A stretch of DNA of 64,000 nt from a virus (IMGVR_UViG_2799113165_000002:1-64000); one strand, 5' to 3'; positions 1-8,904 are shown, numbered from the stretch's first letter. The notes: generated by a model from the sequence alone, not told the origin. Numbers and translations: made by a program.

Positions 1-909
1 GGCGCCAAGGTCGATGATGTCCTGGAATGGGCCGCCGACGACCCCAACAACCCGCTGGCGCAGCAAGTCGCCAACGAGCAGGCCCACTACCTGGCTGCCC
101 CCGAACACCAGGAAGCGCTACGGGACCTGCCGGGACCGGGCCAGCATTTCACTGGGGATTCGTGGGCCGAGGCTAACCCTGAACTGGCCAAAACTACGGC
201 GCGGCTGGAAGGTTCACACGTCGCCGAGCTGTTCGGCGCCGACAATCCGGATGCCCCAGGGATCAAGGCATTCGACAATGCTGATCAAGCCAAGAACCTG
301 ATGGCCAACCTGGACCGCAACGAGGACGCCGCCAAGATCATCAATGGCGGTGCCTACCAGGAATACACGCACAATCTGTCCGAGGCCGCCCAAATGCCCA
401 CCGATACACCAGAACACCGAGCAATGCGAGATCATGAATTCAAAGTGGGCGGTCAGATCCAACAGGGTATGCTTGACGGCGCGATGGACGCCCTCAACAC
501 CAAGGAGGATGAGCCAGCTACCAAGAAGCTCGGTGACTGGATCACTGGCCAACTTGGTATCGACAAGGTGCTCAACCCGATTGAAGCCATCGACCAAGCA
601 CTCCAAGGCAATGGTAGTAACCCCGCGGATGTCGCCAACAAGATGGTCACCACTGGTCCGTACGGTTTCAGCGCCCTCGACAGCTATCGGGCCATTCTTG
701 ACGGGCTCATCCAATCGGACCCTAGCATTGCGAATGACAACGGCTTGGCTAGCTACATCACTGGCGGACAACTAGATCCGTTCAAAATTGGGGCGGACCC
801 TTCTGCTGAAACTGCTTTGAAGGCGGCCTTAGAACGACACAACTTCGATACAGATCACTGGATCACCCAGGAGTCGCTCGGCACCAATCAGGCGCATCGC
901 AAATGGTAA
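1..909 (+). CDS. C-terminal part of a larger protein of unknown function (5' end lies outside the window)
   Basis: Frame 1 is open from nt 1 with no stop and runs in frame into the annotated 301..909 ORF. No recognisable motifs. Confidence 0.45.
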   Translation, partial: GAKVDDVLEWAADDPNNPLAQQVANEQAHYLAAPEHQEALRDLPGPGQHFTGDSWAEANPELAKTTARLEGSHVAELFGADNPDAPGIKAFDNADQAKNLMANLDRNEDAAKIINGGAYQEYTHNLSEAAQMPTDTPEHRAMRDHEFKVGGQIQQGMLDGAMDALNTKEDEPATKKLGDWITGQLGIDKVLNPIEAIDQALQGNGSNPADVANKMVTTGPYGFSALDSYRAILDGLIQSDPSIANDNGLASYITGGQLDPFKIGADPSAETALKAALERHNFDTDHWITQESLGTNQAHRKW

Positions 910-1328
910 CAATACAGCAATTACCTTTCGCAACAACGATACTCGTGACACTACTCGCAGTAAGTGGGTGCAACACGCCATCGTCCGAGCCGACGGTACC
1001 CACCACTTCCACAGGCGCATATGGTCGACCCATACGTGCAGCGGGTGCCGAATGCCCGTCCAATGAATGGCGCGCGCAAGACGCCTCGGGTCTGGAGCTT
1101 GAGTGTCGACAACGAAGTCATGACAAGCCTGAGTTGGGCCGTTGGTGGGCCGTAAGAGTCACCGATAACGGTGTCGGATCATCATGCTCGCAAGAGGGTG
1201 TACCGGGACTCACCTACGTCCCAACACCAGAAGGGGCTCAGCGGAAACGAGAGTTGGCTCTACTGATGTGCGAGGGTGGAAAATGGCAGCGAACTCCAAA
1301 CGGCTGGCCAGAAGGGGGCGCTGCGTAA
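903..1328 (+). CDS. putative lipoprotein
   Basis: N-terminal signal peptide with lipobox LLAVSGC (MVTIQQLPFATTILVTLLAVSGC). 141 aa. Confidence 0.5.
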   Translation: MVTIQQLPFATTILVTLLAVSGCNTPSSEPTVPTTSTGAYGRPIRAAGAECPSNEWRAQDASGLELECRQRSHDKPELGRWWAVRVTDNGVGSSCSQEGVPGLTYVPTPEGAQRKRELALLMCEGGKWQRTPNGWPEGGAA

Positions 1329-1475
1329 CAGCTGCCCCCGCCCTCCGACAATGGACAACGTCTTCGGAACCTGACTGCTATTTGACGAGCCCCGAGTACC
1401 GACGAACAGCGTCGCGTATGCGCCAACCTTGCCGCCGAACCCCGGATGGCCCGAGGGTGGTTCGGCATAGAGCGT

Positions 1476-1925
1476 TCAGCAGCCCGTAGCGTCGGCTAGC
1501 TCGCGCTGTCTGTCGGTCCGTTGTGTTGGTGTCGTTGCGCAAGCCCGGTCTATTTCCCGGCCGCCGCGGTTGTTGTTGGACTGGGCTTGGTTGACCCGGT
1601 CTAGGCGGGTTGGGCACACGTAGCGCATCCCGCGCCGGACGATGGCCATGGTGCCGTCGGTGTCGGCGGCAATCATCGATTCGAATTCGTCGACGGTCTT
1701 GTCGCAGTCGGCCACGGTCAGCTCGTACAGGCGCGCCATGTCGGGTGACGCCTCCGGGCTGGAGGCCATGATTTCGGCCTCCCATCCACTCATGTCGACG
1801 GCCGCCTGGGGCAGTATCGCTGGCTTCTGCGGCACGGTGGCCGTCGCTTCCTGCACCGTCCCACTGCTGCACCCCGCTGTCACGGCCGCTGCAACCGCCA
1901 TGTACAGCCCCCACCTAATTCTCAT
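1476..1925 (-). CDS. putative lipoprotein
   Basis: Signal peptide plus lipobox (MAVAAAVTAGCSSG). 149 aa. Start may be an internal ATG. Confidence 0.45.
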   Translation of the reverse strand: MRIRWGLYMAVAAAVTAGCSSGTVQEATATVPQKPAILPQAAVDMSGWEAEIMASSPEASPDMARLYELTVADCDKTVDEFESMIAADTDGTMAIVRRGMRYVCPTRLDRVNQAQSNNNRGGREIDRACATTPTQRTDRQRELADATGC

Positions 1926-1987
1926 GGCCGAACTTTAAACCGGGGTAGCCGCGATAAGGGGGCGTTGACGATAAACCTCTCGACATA

Positions 1988-2007
1988 ACGTATAGCACGC
2001 TATACGT
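1988..2007. promoter_or_regulatory. 16-bp inverted-repeat site 1 (ACGTATAGCACGCTATACGT), putative operator
   Basis: Near-perfect palindrome with arms CGTATAGC/GCTATACG, about 40 bp upstream of the 2048 gene. Belongs to the GTATAG-N4-CTATAC family seen at five or more intergenic sites. Confidence 0.5.
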
Positions 2008-2047
2008 TCAAGCAGGAATGCCAGCGAACACTAGGGAAGGTCCGACC

Positions 2048-2365
2048 ATGTCAATTGCAAGCACTGCAATCACGCTGACCGTGGACGAGCTGGATGCGGT
2101 CAGCCGCTCCATGCTTGTTCACGAACCGCACTCGGACGTACGTCCGGCATTCGATTGGGTCGGTCGGGGTCACCTGCCGCCGTGCCTGGCCTACCGCGGC
2201 GACCGTGTCGTCGAGTTCGGATACGAGGTCGCGGTGGTGGTGGCGGCCCGGCAGGGAGGTGACGACGTTGACGCGATTCGTAGGGCCATCAAATCCCTCG
2301 GGCCTTGTCACCGGCAGGGCCGTATCCACTTCTGGCCCCGCGTGATTCCCGCGGTTGCCGACTGA
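2048..2365 (+). CDS. hypothetical protein
   Basis: ORF with RBS GGGAAGG 7 nt upstream of the ATG (MSIASTAITL...). 105 aa. Confidence 0.5.
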   Translation: MSIASTAITLTVDELDAVSRSMLVHEPHSDVRPAFDWVGRGHLPPCLAYRGDRVVEFGYEVAVVVAARQGGDDVDAIRRAIKSLGPCHRQGRIHFWPRVIPAVAD

Positions 2366-2380
2366 ATCCTCCTGGTTACT

Positions 2381-2425
2381 TCTCACCCCCGTCCCATGTG
2401 GGCGGGGGTGATTTCTTTTTCTTCA
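2381..2425 (+). terminator. rho-independent terminator-like hairpin
   Basis: CACCCCCG-loop-GCGGGGGTG stem followed by a TTTCTTTTTCTT tract, immediately after the stop of the 2048..2365 gene. Confidence 0.5.
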
Positions 2426-2444
2426 TGCTCACGCTTGCCTAAAA

Positions 2445-2462
2445 CGTATAGTGCGCTATACA
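2445..2462. promoter_or_regulatory. 16-bp inverted-repeat site 2 (GTATAGTGCGCTATAC), putative operator
   Basis: Reverse orientation of the site 3/4 core, about 45 bp upstream of the 2504 gene start. Confidence 0.5.
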
Positions 2463-2503
2463 TTCGAGCTATCGGTCAAGCAAACACCAACTAGGAGGAA
2501 ATC

Positions 2504-3688
2504 ATGACCGCACCAACACTGCCCGCAATACCCGCCCGCACCCTGCGCAACGCCAACATCGGAAACCTCATTGCGCTGCTGGAGCAGCAGCACCGGCAGA
2601 AGGTGGACGTCGTCATGCCCGTCTCCGACGTCCGGTTCACCAGCGGCAACCTGGTCATCTCGGACCAGGCGCCCGACATCAACGACGAAGGCGTCACCGA
2701 CTTCAACGGGACCTACCGGATGACCGACCGCTCCGACAGCCAGCTCGGCGACGTCCTCGACATCCCCACCCGCTACGTCCGCAAGCTGCGCGCACAGCAC
2801 CTGGAACTGATGGACACCAACGTCAACGAACTGGCCCGGGTACACGACCCCGCCAAGAAGGTCCTCGTGCGCATGCTGTCGGGCAGCGACCCCATGTACC
2901 CCGGCACCCACGGCATCGTCCGCGCTGTGCTGTCCGACCGGTACGGCATCCGCGACAACTTCGACACCGTGCTCGCACTGCTCGACGGGATGCGCGCGGC
3001 CGGTCTTGGCGCCCAGCACATCCGCGGCGCCGACCTGTCCGACGAGCGGCTGTACCTGCGAGTCACCGCGCCGGAGCTGGAGGTCGTCGCACCCAAGCTG
3101 CTGGAGGGCTACCGTTCACCGTGGGCAGGCACCGCACACGGCGGCGAAGCCGCCAACACCCTGCCCGTCGTCTACGCCGGAATGCTGGTCACCAACAGCG
3201 AAACCGGCGGCGGCGCACTCACCATCACCCCAGAGCTGCGCATCAAGATCTGCGACAACGGCCTCACCATCAACGCCGACGCCATGCGCAAGATCCACCT
3301 CGGCAAGAAGCTCGACGACGGCAAGGTCAACTGGTCGGCAGACACCATCGACGCCGCCAACGACCTGATCAAGAAGCAGGTCCGCGACGCCGTCGCGTCC
3401 TTTATGAACGTCGACTACGTGAAGACCGCCATCGAGAAGCTGGAGGAGACCAGCGGCACCCCGCTCACCGCCCCGGCCGACGTGATCGAGGTCGTCGCCA
3501 AGAAGCTGTCCTACAGCCAGGACGAACAGCGCGGCATCCTCGACCACTTCATCAAGGGCGGCCAGATGACCGCGGGCGGCGTCATGCAGGCCGTCACTTC
3601 ATACGCCCAGCTGATTGCCGACGTCGACCGGTCCAACGAGTTCGCGGCCACCGGTGTGGACGCCATGCTCGTGGCGGCCGGACGATGA
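2504..3688 (+). CDS. hypothetical protein, 394 aa
   Basis: Strong RBS AGGAGGAAATC-ATG and a long uninterrupted ORF. No motif I can name with confidence. Confidence 0.6.
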   Translation: MTAPTLPAIPARTLRNANIGNLIALLEQQHRQKVDVVMPVSDVRFTSGNLVISDQAPDINDEGVTDFNGTYRMTDRSDSQLGDVLDIPTRYVRKLRAQHLELMDTNVNELARVHDPAKKVLVRMLSGSDPMYPGTHGIVRAVLSDRYGIRDNFDTVLALLDGMRAAGLGAQHIRGADLSDERLYLRVTAPELEVVAPKLLEGYRSPWAGTAHGGEAANTLPVVYAGMLVTNSETGGGALTITPELRIKICDNGLTINADAMRKIHLGKKLDDGKVNWSADTIDAANDLIKKQVRDAVASFMNVDYVKTAIEKLEETSGTPLTAPADVIEVVAKKLSYSQDEQRGILDHFIKGGQMTAGGVMQAVTSYAQLIADVDRSNEFAATGVDAMLVAAGR

Positions 3689-4074
3689 GCGCCGAGGCGC
3701 GGTGCCCGCTGTGCGCGGACATCATGGCTGCGCCCGAGGTACGTAACTCGCTGTCTCGCTTCGTTGACTCCTACATCTGCAACCGATGCGGGATGGCCGA
3801 GGCCCTGCTTAACATCCCTCAAGAGGCGCGGCGTTGCCTGCACTTCGACGAGGTCACAGGCACCATGCTGGTCACCGAAGACGAGCCGGGGTACTACCCG
3901 TTCGCGGCGACCTTCCCGAAGGGGGTCAAGGCCCTCGCGTGGATCACGGTGTACGTGAAGGCCGTTAATGCGCGCCTTGGGCTCAGCGATACGGACGCCG
4001 AGGGCATCGTGATCAGCTCAATGTTCGGGGCACGACAGAAGTTCATCGACGCGCACTACGTGGGGCGAGGCTAG
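3685..4074 (+). CDS. hypothetical Cys-rich (CxxC...CxxC) protein
   Basis: ATGA overlap with the upstream gene (MSAEARCPLCADIM...CNRCG). 129 aa. Confidence 0.5.
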   Translation: MSAEARCPLCADIMAAPEVRNSLSRFVDSYICNRCGMAEALLNIPQEARRCLHFDEVTGTMLVTEDEPGYYPFAATFPKGVKALAWITVYVKAVNARLGLSDTDAEGIVISSMFGARQKFIDAHYVGRG

Positions 4075-4090
4075 TACCGAACACCCCAGA

Positions 4091-4137
4091 GAGAAGAAGG
4101 GGAGGACCGCCGATAGGTGGTCCTCCCCTTCTTCTAC
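4091..4137. terminator. bidirectional terminator hairpin between convergent genes
   Basis: Perfect inverted repeat AGAAGAAGGGGAGGACC-N8-GGTCCTCCCCTTCTTCT located between 3685..4074(+) and 4134..4724(-). Confidence 0.55.
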
Positions 4138-4724
4138 TTTCCGTCAAGCAAGCCCGGCAGGTCCGCCCGCAGGGTGGTGAACTCCCTGCGTAGAGCGCTG
4201 ATTTCGTCCCGAACAATGTCGGTCTGCTGATCCACCGCCCCAGTCAAGTCTTGTAGGTGAAGACCAATCGCAACTAATGCACGCGCCTGTGCCCACTGGA
4301 TCTTCAAGTCCGGGGTCAGTACATCTGGGTCCACGTCGGTGAGAACTGCGTGCGGCTTTTGAAGTGAGCTGAGGAGCGCATCTCGTGGAACGCGCCTGTC
4401 GTCCTCGGCCATGGTGGTGTTCCCTTCGCTCGGTGGTTCGACTAGCCGCAGTAGCGGCCGTTGGTGTTCCTGGGCGACTTCTTGCTGCAACGCCTCGCCC
4501 ACACACTTCGCAATGTGATCTGCGAGGCCCCGTATGGCGTCATCGGTAACGTAGTACTTCGCCGCCTGCCGCCCAATCCTCATCCGTTCGGCGATCAGGT
4601 CCAGATGGCTAGAAACATCCTCACGAGCAACCTCTTCGGACACTGCCAATCCGTGGAAGTCGGCGAGGTAACGGACCAGTAACGTCGCGCGGTCGTCGAG
4701 CCAGGGCGAACGGCGGGGCGGCAT
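4134..4724 (-). CDS. hypothetical protein
   Basis: 196-aa ORF convergent with the upstream + block. No motifs recognised. Confidence 0.5.
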   Translation of the reverse strand: MPPRRSPWLDDRATLLVRYLADFHGLAVSEEVAREDVSSHLDLIAERMRIGRQAAKYYVTDDAIRGLADHIAKCVGEALQQEVAQEHQRPLLRLVEPPSEGNTTMAEDDRRVPRDALLSSLQKPHAVLTDVDPDVLTPDLKIQWAQARALVAIGLHLQDLTGAVDQQTDIVRDEISALRREFTTLRADLPGLLDGK

Positions 4725-4773
4725 GCGGTTGGACCTTACCGGTGTTGACTCACGTTATTTTGGTAACGCCCAG

Positions 4774-5745
4774 TTACGCCGGATTGGTCAGCCCGGCGGA
4801 CGCAATAGCTGTCACCGAACCGCCCGCAGAATGTCCGGCCCACCGCCGCGATATCGCCCTTGCAGGTGGCCCGGCTGCGGCTGCCATCATCGCGGCGCGT
4901 TTCTCGTCGTCATCCACCGCCGTATAGATCTGGGTAGTGGCGACCGAGGAGTGCCCCAACAGCTCCTGCACGGCGCGGATGTCGCGCGTGCCGCGATAGG
5001 CCCTGGTGGCGAAACGGTGCCGGAGTTTGTGCATGGTCCACACTCCCGGCATCGCGGCGGCACAAAGAGTGCCGACCCAGCGCGGCGACAGATGCCCATC
5101 GTCGTCGCCCGGGAATAGGTACCCCTCCGTGCCTAGGCCCGGAGTGTGTCCGCCTGGCCCGGCCATGATCATCTCGGCCACGTAGTCCGAAATCGGAACT
5201 ATCCGCTGCTTGCCACCCTTGCCGTGCACCACCAACGAGTAACCGACCAGGTCCTCCACGAGGTCCTGGGTGTGCACCCGTGCCACCTCCCCGCGCCGTA
5301 GCCCAGCATCGTTGGCGAGATACAGCATCTCCATGGTGCGGTCGTCTGCCGCGAGAATCGATTCCTTCCAGACGCGGTCCGGCGCTGGTCTCGGTGTTGG
5401 TGGCTCGGGTGCGACGGCCTCCATTTGGGCCGCTGGGTTGGTCGGCAAGTGTCCCTTGGCGTACGCCCAGCTGAAAAACCCGTTAGTCGTGTTGCGATAA
5501 CTTCGACGAGTTTCCCTTTGCCAGTGTGCTTGCTCAGCAAACCAATCGACCAGAGTCTCCTCGGTCACTTCATGTGGTGCACCGCCTAGCCCCCGTGCTA
5601 GCCGATGCAGATGAGCCATACGCGTTTTGACCGTATCCAGAGACTTTCCATCAGCCTCCATGTAAGTCCGGTACTTCGCGATAATCCCTTGCCACGCTTC
5701 CGGTGCGGGTGTTGGTGCCGGGCCGGTCCCCCTCTTATTTGTCAT
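4774..5745 (-). CDS. int: tyrosine integrase (site-specific recombinase, phage integrase family)
   Basis: Catalytic-region motifs ARVHTQDL, HKLRHRFATRAY and LLGHSSVATTQIYT (R...HxxR...Y). An N-terminal SAM-like domain, and the gene sits beside a tRNA-like att core. Confidence 0.85.
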   Translation of the reverse strand: MTNKRGTGPAPTPAPEAWQGIIAKYRTYMEADGKSLDTVKTRMAHLHRLARGLGGAPHEVTEETLVDWFAEQAHWQRETRRSYRNTTNGFFSWAYAKGHLPTNPAAQMEAVAPEPPTPRPAPDRVWKESILAADDRTMEMLYLANDAGLRRGEVARVHTQDLVEDLVGYSLVVHGKGGKQRIVPISDYVAEMIMAGPGGHTPGLGTEGYLFPGDDDGHLSPRWVGTLCAAAMPGVWTMHKLRHRFATRAYRGTRDIRAVQELLGHSSVATTQIYTAVDDDEKRAAMMAAAAGPPARAISRRWAGHSAGGSVTAIASAGLTNPA

Positions 5746-5966
5746 TGAGTGCGTACCGTAAATCCCGCATAAAAATTCACAGATACTCCAAAGCTATTTG
5801 TTACCAAACTGAGAGATTCATTCACCTGGCAGACGAATCTGGCAAACATCCGTCGCCAGATTCCGTTGCTACGCAGCGGCGGTGTGGCGCCTGGTGGACC
5901 ACCGCCGTTCTCGCTGCTCAGAGAGGTCGGTAGGCTCAGTGTCTATGCAGGTCAGCGGGTTTCGAA

Positions 5967-6010
5967 CACCTAACAGAAGGTTAGGGGTTCGAATCCCTTC
6001 GGGCGCACCA
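5967..6010 (+). other. attP-like core: tRNA 3'-end fragment (T-arm AGGGG-TTCGAAT-CCCTT, acceptor 3' strand CGGGCGC, discriminator A, CCA)
   Basis: Canonical T-loop GGTTCGAATCC followed by an acceptor 3' strand and CCA. No complementary 5' acceptor strand (GCGCCCG) lies upstream, so this is a 3' fragment only. It overlaps the last ~13 codons of the repressor gene. A flanking 9-bp inverted repeat GAATCTGGC/GCCAGATTC at 5846-5876 is a candidate arm-type site. Confidence 0.55.
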
Positions 6011-6275
6011 CAGAAGGCCCGTCGCCCTCGGGCGGCTGCTCGCCTTCACCGTCGGCTAACCAACTCACTGGTACGCCACAGGCCAATGCCCAGGCATTAA
6101 GAACAATCTTCTTCGGGACGGTTCGGCCCTTTTCGCAATTGCCAATAACCGACCGGCCGACCCCCATCATTTCGGCTAATTGCCTTTGATCTAGTTGGGC
6201 TTCTTCCCGTGCGATCTGTAGGCGGTATCGCAGACGCATTGGGGGGATGTTCCCTGTTTCGTATGCAACGGTCAT
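5970..6275 (-). CDS. rep: HTH XRE-family immunity repressor (cI-like)
   Basis: Helix-turn-helix QLDQRQLAEMMGVGRSVIGNCEKGRTVPKKIVLNAW. Divergent from a Cro/Xis-like gene. C-terminal residues VRPKGFEPLTFC are encoded by the reverse complement of the tRNA-like core. Confidence 0.75.
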   Translation of the reverse strand: MTVAYETGNIPPMRLRYRLQIAREEAQLDQRQLAEMMGVGRSVIGNCEKGRTVPKKIVLNAWALACGVPVSWLADGEGEQPPEGDGPSVVRPKGFEPLTFC

Positions 6276-6437
6276 ATGCGCATGGTATGCGCGTACGCGC
6301 ACCCACGCAAGGTGGTGCAAATTGACCTAATCCGCAAACATCCCCTGATTGCTGCAAAGTCGACATAAGTTCACTAGCTGCGAAAACTTCCACAAGGGTG
6401 CTTGCGCGCACTATGCGAATATGCGCAAGATGGGCGT
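6266..6437. promoter_or_regulatory. divergent rep/cro promoter-operator region carrying TGCGCA-type palindromes
   Basis: ATGCGCAT (6273-6280) and the perfect 14-bp palindrome TGCGCGTACGCGCA (6286-6299) overlap the rep start. ATGCGAATATGCGCA lies at ~6413-6427. Confidence 0.4.
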
Positions 6438-6671
6438 ATGGCCGCACCCACCGCTGAGACACCTGAGCAGCCAGACGAGATCACCGTCACTAAGGCCGCG
6501 ACGACCTACAACGTCTCCAAACGGACTCTCCAGGCACTCGCCGTGTCCGGCCGCATCCCCGCCCGACTCGTCGGCAAGACCTACCTGCTCGACCACCAGG
6601 CCGTCCGCCTATATGCGCAGGCACGCCAGGCCACCCGCGACCTCAACGACTACGCCCAGGCCGCCTCATGA
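6438..6671 (+). CDS. HTH DNA-binding protein (excisionase/Cro-like)
   Basis: TVTKAATTYNVSKRTLQALAVSGRIPARLVGKTYLL resembles excisionase/MerR-type winged HTH. Transcribed divergently from rep. Confidence 0.55.
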   Translation: MAAPTAETPEQPDEITVTKAATTYNVSKRTLQALAVSGRIPARLVGKTYLLDHQAVRLYAQARQATRDLNDYAQAAS

Positions 6672-7567
6672 GCACCATCGCAGCCACCGCCATGTCCCCA
6701 TCGGCCGCTCGTGACCTCACCGAGCGCATCCGCACCACCATTGACCGCACCTGGGACCTCATCGCCAAGGCATACACAGACCGCGCCTGGGCAGTCCTCG
6801 GATACCCGACCTGGGACGTCTACTGCGAACGCGAGTTCGGGTCCACCTGGTTCAAGCTCCCCCGCGAGACCCGCGGCGAGGTAGTGCAGTCCCTGCGCGA
6901 CCTCGGACTGTCCACACGTGCCATCGGCTCCGCAATAGGGGTCGATGACCGCACAGTCCGCCGCGACCTGTCAGGCGCGGCATCTGCCGCACCTGCGGCT
7001 GTCATGGGCACCGACGGCAAGACCTACGCGTCTACCCAGCCCGCTCGCCCTCACCTGGCCGTCGTGCCAGACCTCCCCACAACCGAAGACCACCCGGAGA
7101 CCGCCCCCTTGCCCCACGGCGGGACGGCCTCCGGGCCACCACTGACCCCGTCGCTACTCATTTCCGGCGACGGGTACTCAGTCGTGCACAACGCACCCCA
7201 AGCCGACGGCGTCGAGCCACAGCTCACGTCCTTCGCCATCTGCCACTGCGGCGCCCGAGCCGACCTGTACGACAACGCCACCCAAGAGGACCGCGAGCGG
7301 TTCGACGAGTTCGGCGTCATACACGACCAATGCCCTGAGCAAGACGATCCGGAGCCCGAGACCGCGCCCGCCCCGGCGCGCCGGAAGCCGATTACAGACT
7401 CCTTCGACGACGCCACCACGGCAGTCACGAAGGCGGTGAAGCGGGTAGAGGCACTGGCGGCTGACGACCGCTTCGACAAGAACGCGGACCAACTCGCCCT
7501 ACGCAAGAGCGACCTGGTCCGCGCACGGGACGCGCTGCAACGCGTCATCGAGAAGTTCCCCTCGTAA
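6668..7567 (+). CDS. DNA-binding (HTH) protein of unknown function
   Basis: ATGA overlap with the upstream gene. HTH-like segment VVQSLRDLGLSTRAIGSAIGVDDRTVRRDL. 299 aa. Confidence 0.5.
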   Translation: MSTIAATAMSPSAARDLTERIRTTIDRTWDLIAKAYTDRAWAVLGYPTWDVYCEREFGSTWFKLPRETRGEVVQSLRDLGLSTRAIGSAIGVDDRTVRRDLSGAASAAPAAVMGTDGKTYASTQPARPHLAVVPDLPTTEDHPETAPLPHGGTASGPPLTPSLLISGDGYSVVHNAPQADGVEPQLTSFAICHCGARADLYDNATQEDRERFDEFGVIHDQCPEQDDPEPETAPAPARRKPITDSFDDATTAVTKAVKRVEALAADDRFDKNADQLALRKSDLVRARDALQRVIEKFPS

Positions 7568-7587
7568 CCACAACAAGGAGTTGCTTC

Positions 7588-8451
7588 ATGTCGAATGCTA
7601 TACCGCTGCACCGGCCCCCGGCCATCACGACGGACATCGAAACCATCGACGGCACGACCGCCGACGAATACCTCAAGTTCAACACCCACAACCGGCCCCT
7701 CAACGAGCGCAAGGTCATCCAGCTGGCCGCCGACATGGAGGCAGGCCGTTGGCAGATGAACGGCGAGGCAATCAAATTCGATACCGCAGGCGCCCTGCTG
7801 GACGGCCAACACCGCCTCCACGCGATCTCCCTGTGCGGTGTATCCATCGACTCGGTCGTAATCCGCAACCTGCCGCCGGAAACCCAGATCACCATGGACC
7901 AGGGCACCAAACGGTCACCCAGCGACCAACTCAACCTGTCCGGCATCACCGCCTCCAAGTCCGACGCTTCGGCCGTCAAGACGCTGATCATCTGGGAGCG
8001 CGGCTGGTTCTACACCGACCGCGCCACCGGCTCGGTCACCAGCTCTGAGATTGTCGAGTGGACCCTTGCCAACCCCGACACCTTTGAGTTGATCAGGCGC
8101 GGCACCCACTACACGCGCATCAAGGCGCGCCGCGGACTCATCATGGCCGTCTACGCAGGCATCGGACGCATCCACGGCGTGGAGGTCACCTCAGAATTCT
8201 TCCAACGCACCCTCGACGGCGTTGGCCTCGAAATCGGATCGCCAATCCTTGCACTGCGCAACAGGTTTGATCGCGTCCGCGGTGAAGGCATCAAGATGCC
8301 CGACGCCGAGGCCATCGGCTATTTCGTCGCCGCCTTCAACCACTGGCTATCCGACCACCACGTGGCCCGGTTGCAGCAGCCCAAGGGAGGCTGGAACAAG
8401 ACCAACTTCCCGCAGCTCGTCGGTGCACCGGCCCAGGAAGTACTCCGGTGA
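7588..8451 (+). CDS. ParB-like nuclease domain protein
   Basis: ParB/Srx N-domain motif LDGQHRLHAI. RBS AAGGAG 7 nt upstream of the ATG. Confidence 0.6.
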   Translation: MSNAIPLHRPPAITTDIETIDGTTADEYLKFNTHNRPLNERKVIQLAADMEAGRWQMNGEAIKFDTAGALLDGQHRLHAISLCGVSIDSVVIRNLPPETQITMDQGTKRSPSDQLNLSGITASKSDASAVKTLIIWERGWFYTDRATGSVTSSEIVEWTLANPDTFELIRRGTHYTRIKARRGLIMAVYAGIGRIHGVEVTSEFFQRTLDGVGLEIGSPILALRNRFDRVRGEGIKMPDAEAIGYFVAAFNHWLSDHHVARLQQPKGGWNKTNFPQLVGAPAQEVLR

Positions 8452-8543
8452 TCCGCGAGGTAGTCGTACCGCTTGTCTGGATGCTCCTGTTCGGCGCATT
8501 CATCGGCGCCGTCTTGATGGCCAGTGTCATGGCGGCCCGGTGA
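8448..8543 (+). CDS. small membrane peptide (31 aa)
   Basis: GTGA overlap with the upstream gene. Single TM helix VVVPLVWMLLFGAFIGAVLMASV. Confidence 0.3.
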   Translation: MIREVVVPLVWMLLFGAFIGAVLMASVMAAR

Positions 8544-8547
8544 TGAC

Positions 8548-8904
8548 ATGGCGCGCATCCACGAACGCCCCGAGCTGCCAATGCATCTCGTCGACATCAC
8601 CGGCGACCACACCGTCGCCGAGGCCGCGCGCCTGCTATCCCTTGACCCGTCCATCAGTATCGGCCGCGACCAGCTATTCGACGCCATGGAGGACGAGGAC
8701 TGGATCTTCCGCGGCCGTGACCACCGATGGATCGCCTACGCCGAAGCCGTAACGCTCGGCTACCTCGCACTCCATGACGGAGGCGAATACCAAACGCCCA
8801 CAGGGCAAACCAAAGAACGACCCAAACAGATTTACCTAACCCCTAACGGGGTCGCGGAAATGCACTACCGCCTCGGCGGCAGCCAACAGCTAGCACTCAC
8901 CTGA
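8548..8904 (+). CDS. KilAC/ANT-domain (antirepressor C-terminal-like) protein
   Basis: Pattern AARLLSLD...GRDQLF...WIFRGRD.RWIAYAEAVTLGYLAL...IYLTPNGVAEMHYRLG resembles the KilA-C domain. Confidence 0.45.
   Translation: MARIHERPELPMHLVDITGDHTVAEAARLLSLDPSISIGRDQLFDAMEDEDWIFRGRDHRWIAYAEAVTLGYLALHDGGEYQTPTGQTKERPKQIYLTPNGVAEMHYRLGGSQQLALT

Noticed and set aside
344-775. Alternative-frame ORFs inside the 1..909 partial gene
   Set aside because: They overlap the continuous frame-1 ORF that runs from the window edge, and have no independent support.
3121-4074. 317-aa ORF with an Arg-rich N-terminus overlapping the 2504..3688 gene
   Set aside because: The first ~190 codons are an out-of-frame overlap (RRRSRQHPARR… low complexity). 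Only the portion from the ATGA-coupled start at 3685 is kept as a gene.
5925-6010. Complete tRNA gene next to the integrase (attL with a reconstituted tRNA)
   Set aside because: Only the 3' portion is tRNA-like. No 5' acceptor strand complementary to CGGGCGC lies within 100 nt upstream, and the preceding sequence does not form D or anticodon arms. It is treated as an attP-type 3' fragment.
7051-7821. Long antisense ORFs, including 7051..7821(-), 15508..16341(-), 50245..51357(-), 56940..58388(-), 60680..61996(-) and 62935..63981(-)
   Set aside because: These are shadow ORFs on the strand opposite well-supported genes, typical of ~65% GC DNA with few stop codons. Their products are low-complexity (Arg/Gly/Pro/Ala-rich), and they lack RBS or start-stop coupling.
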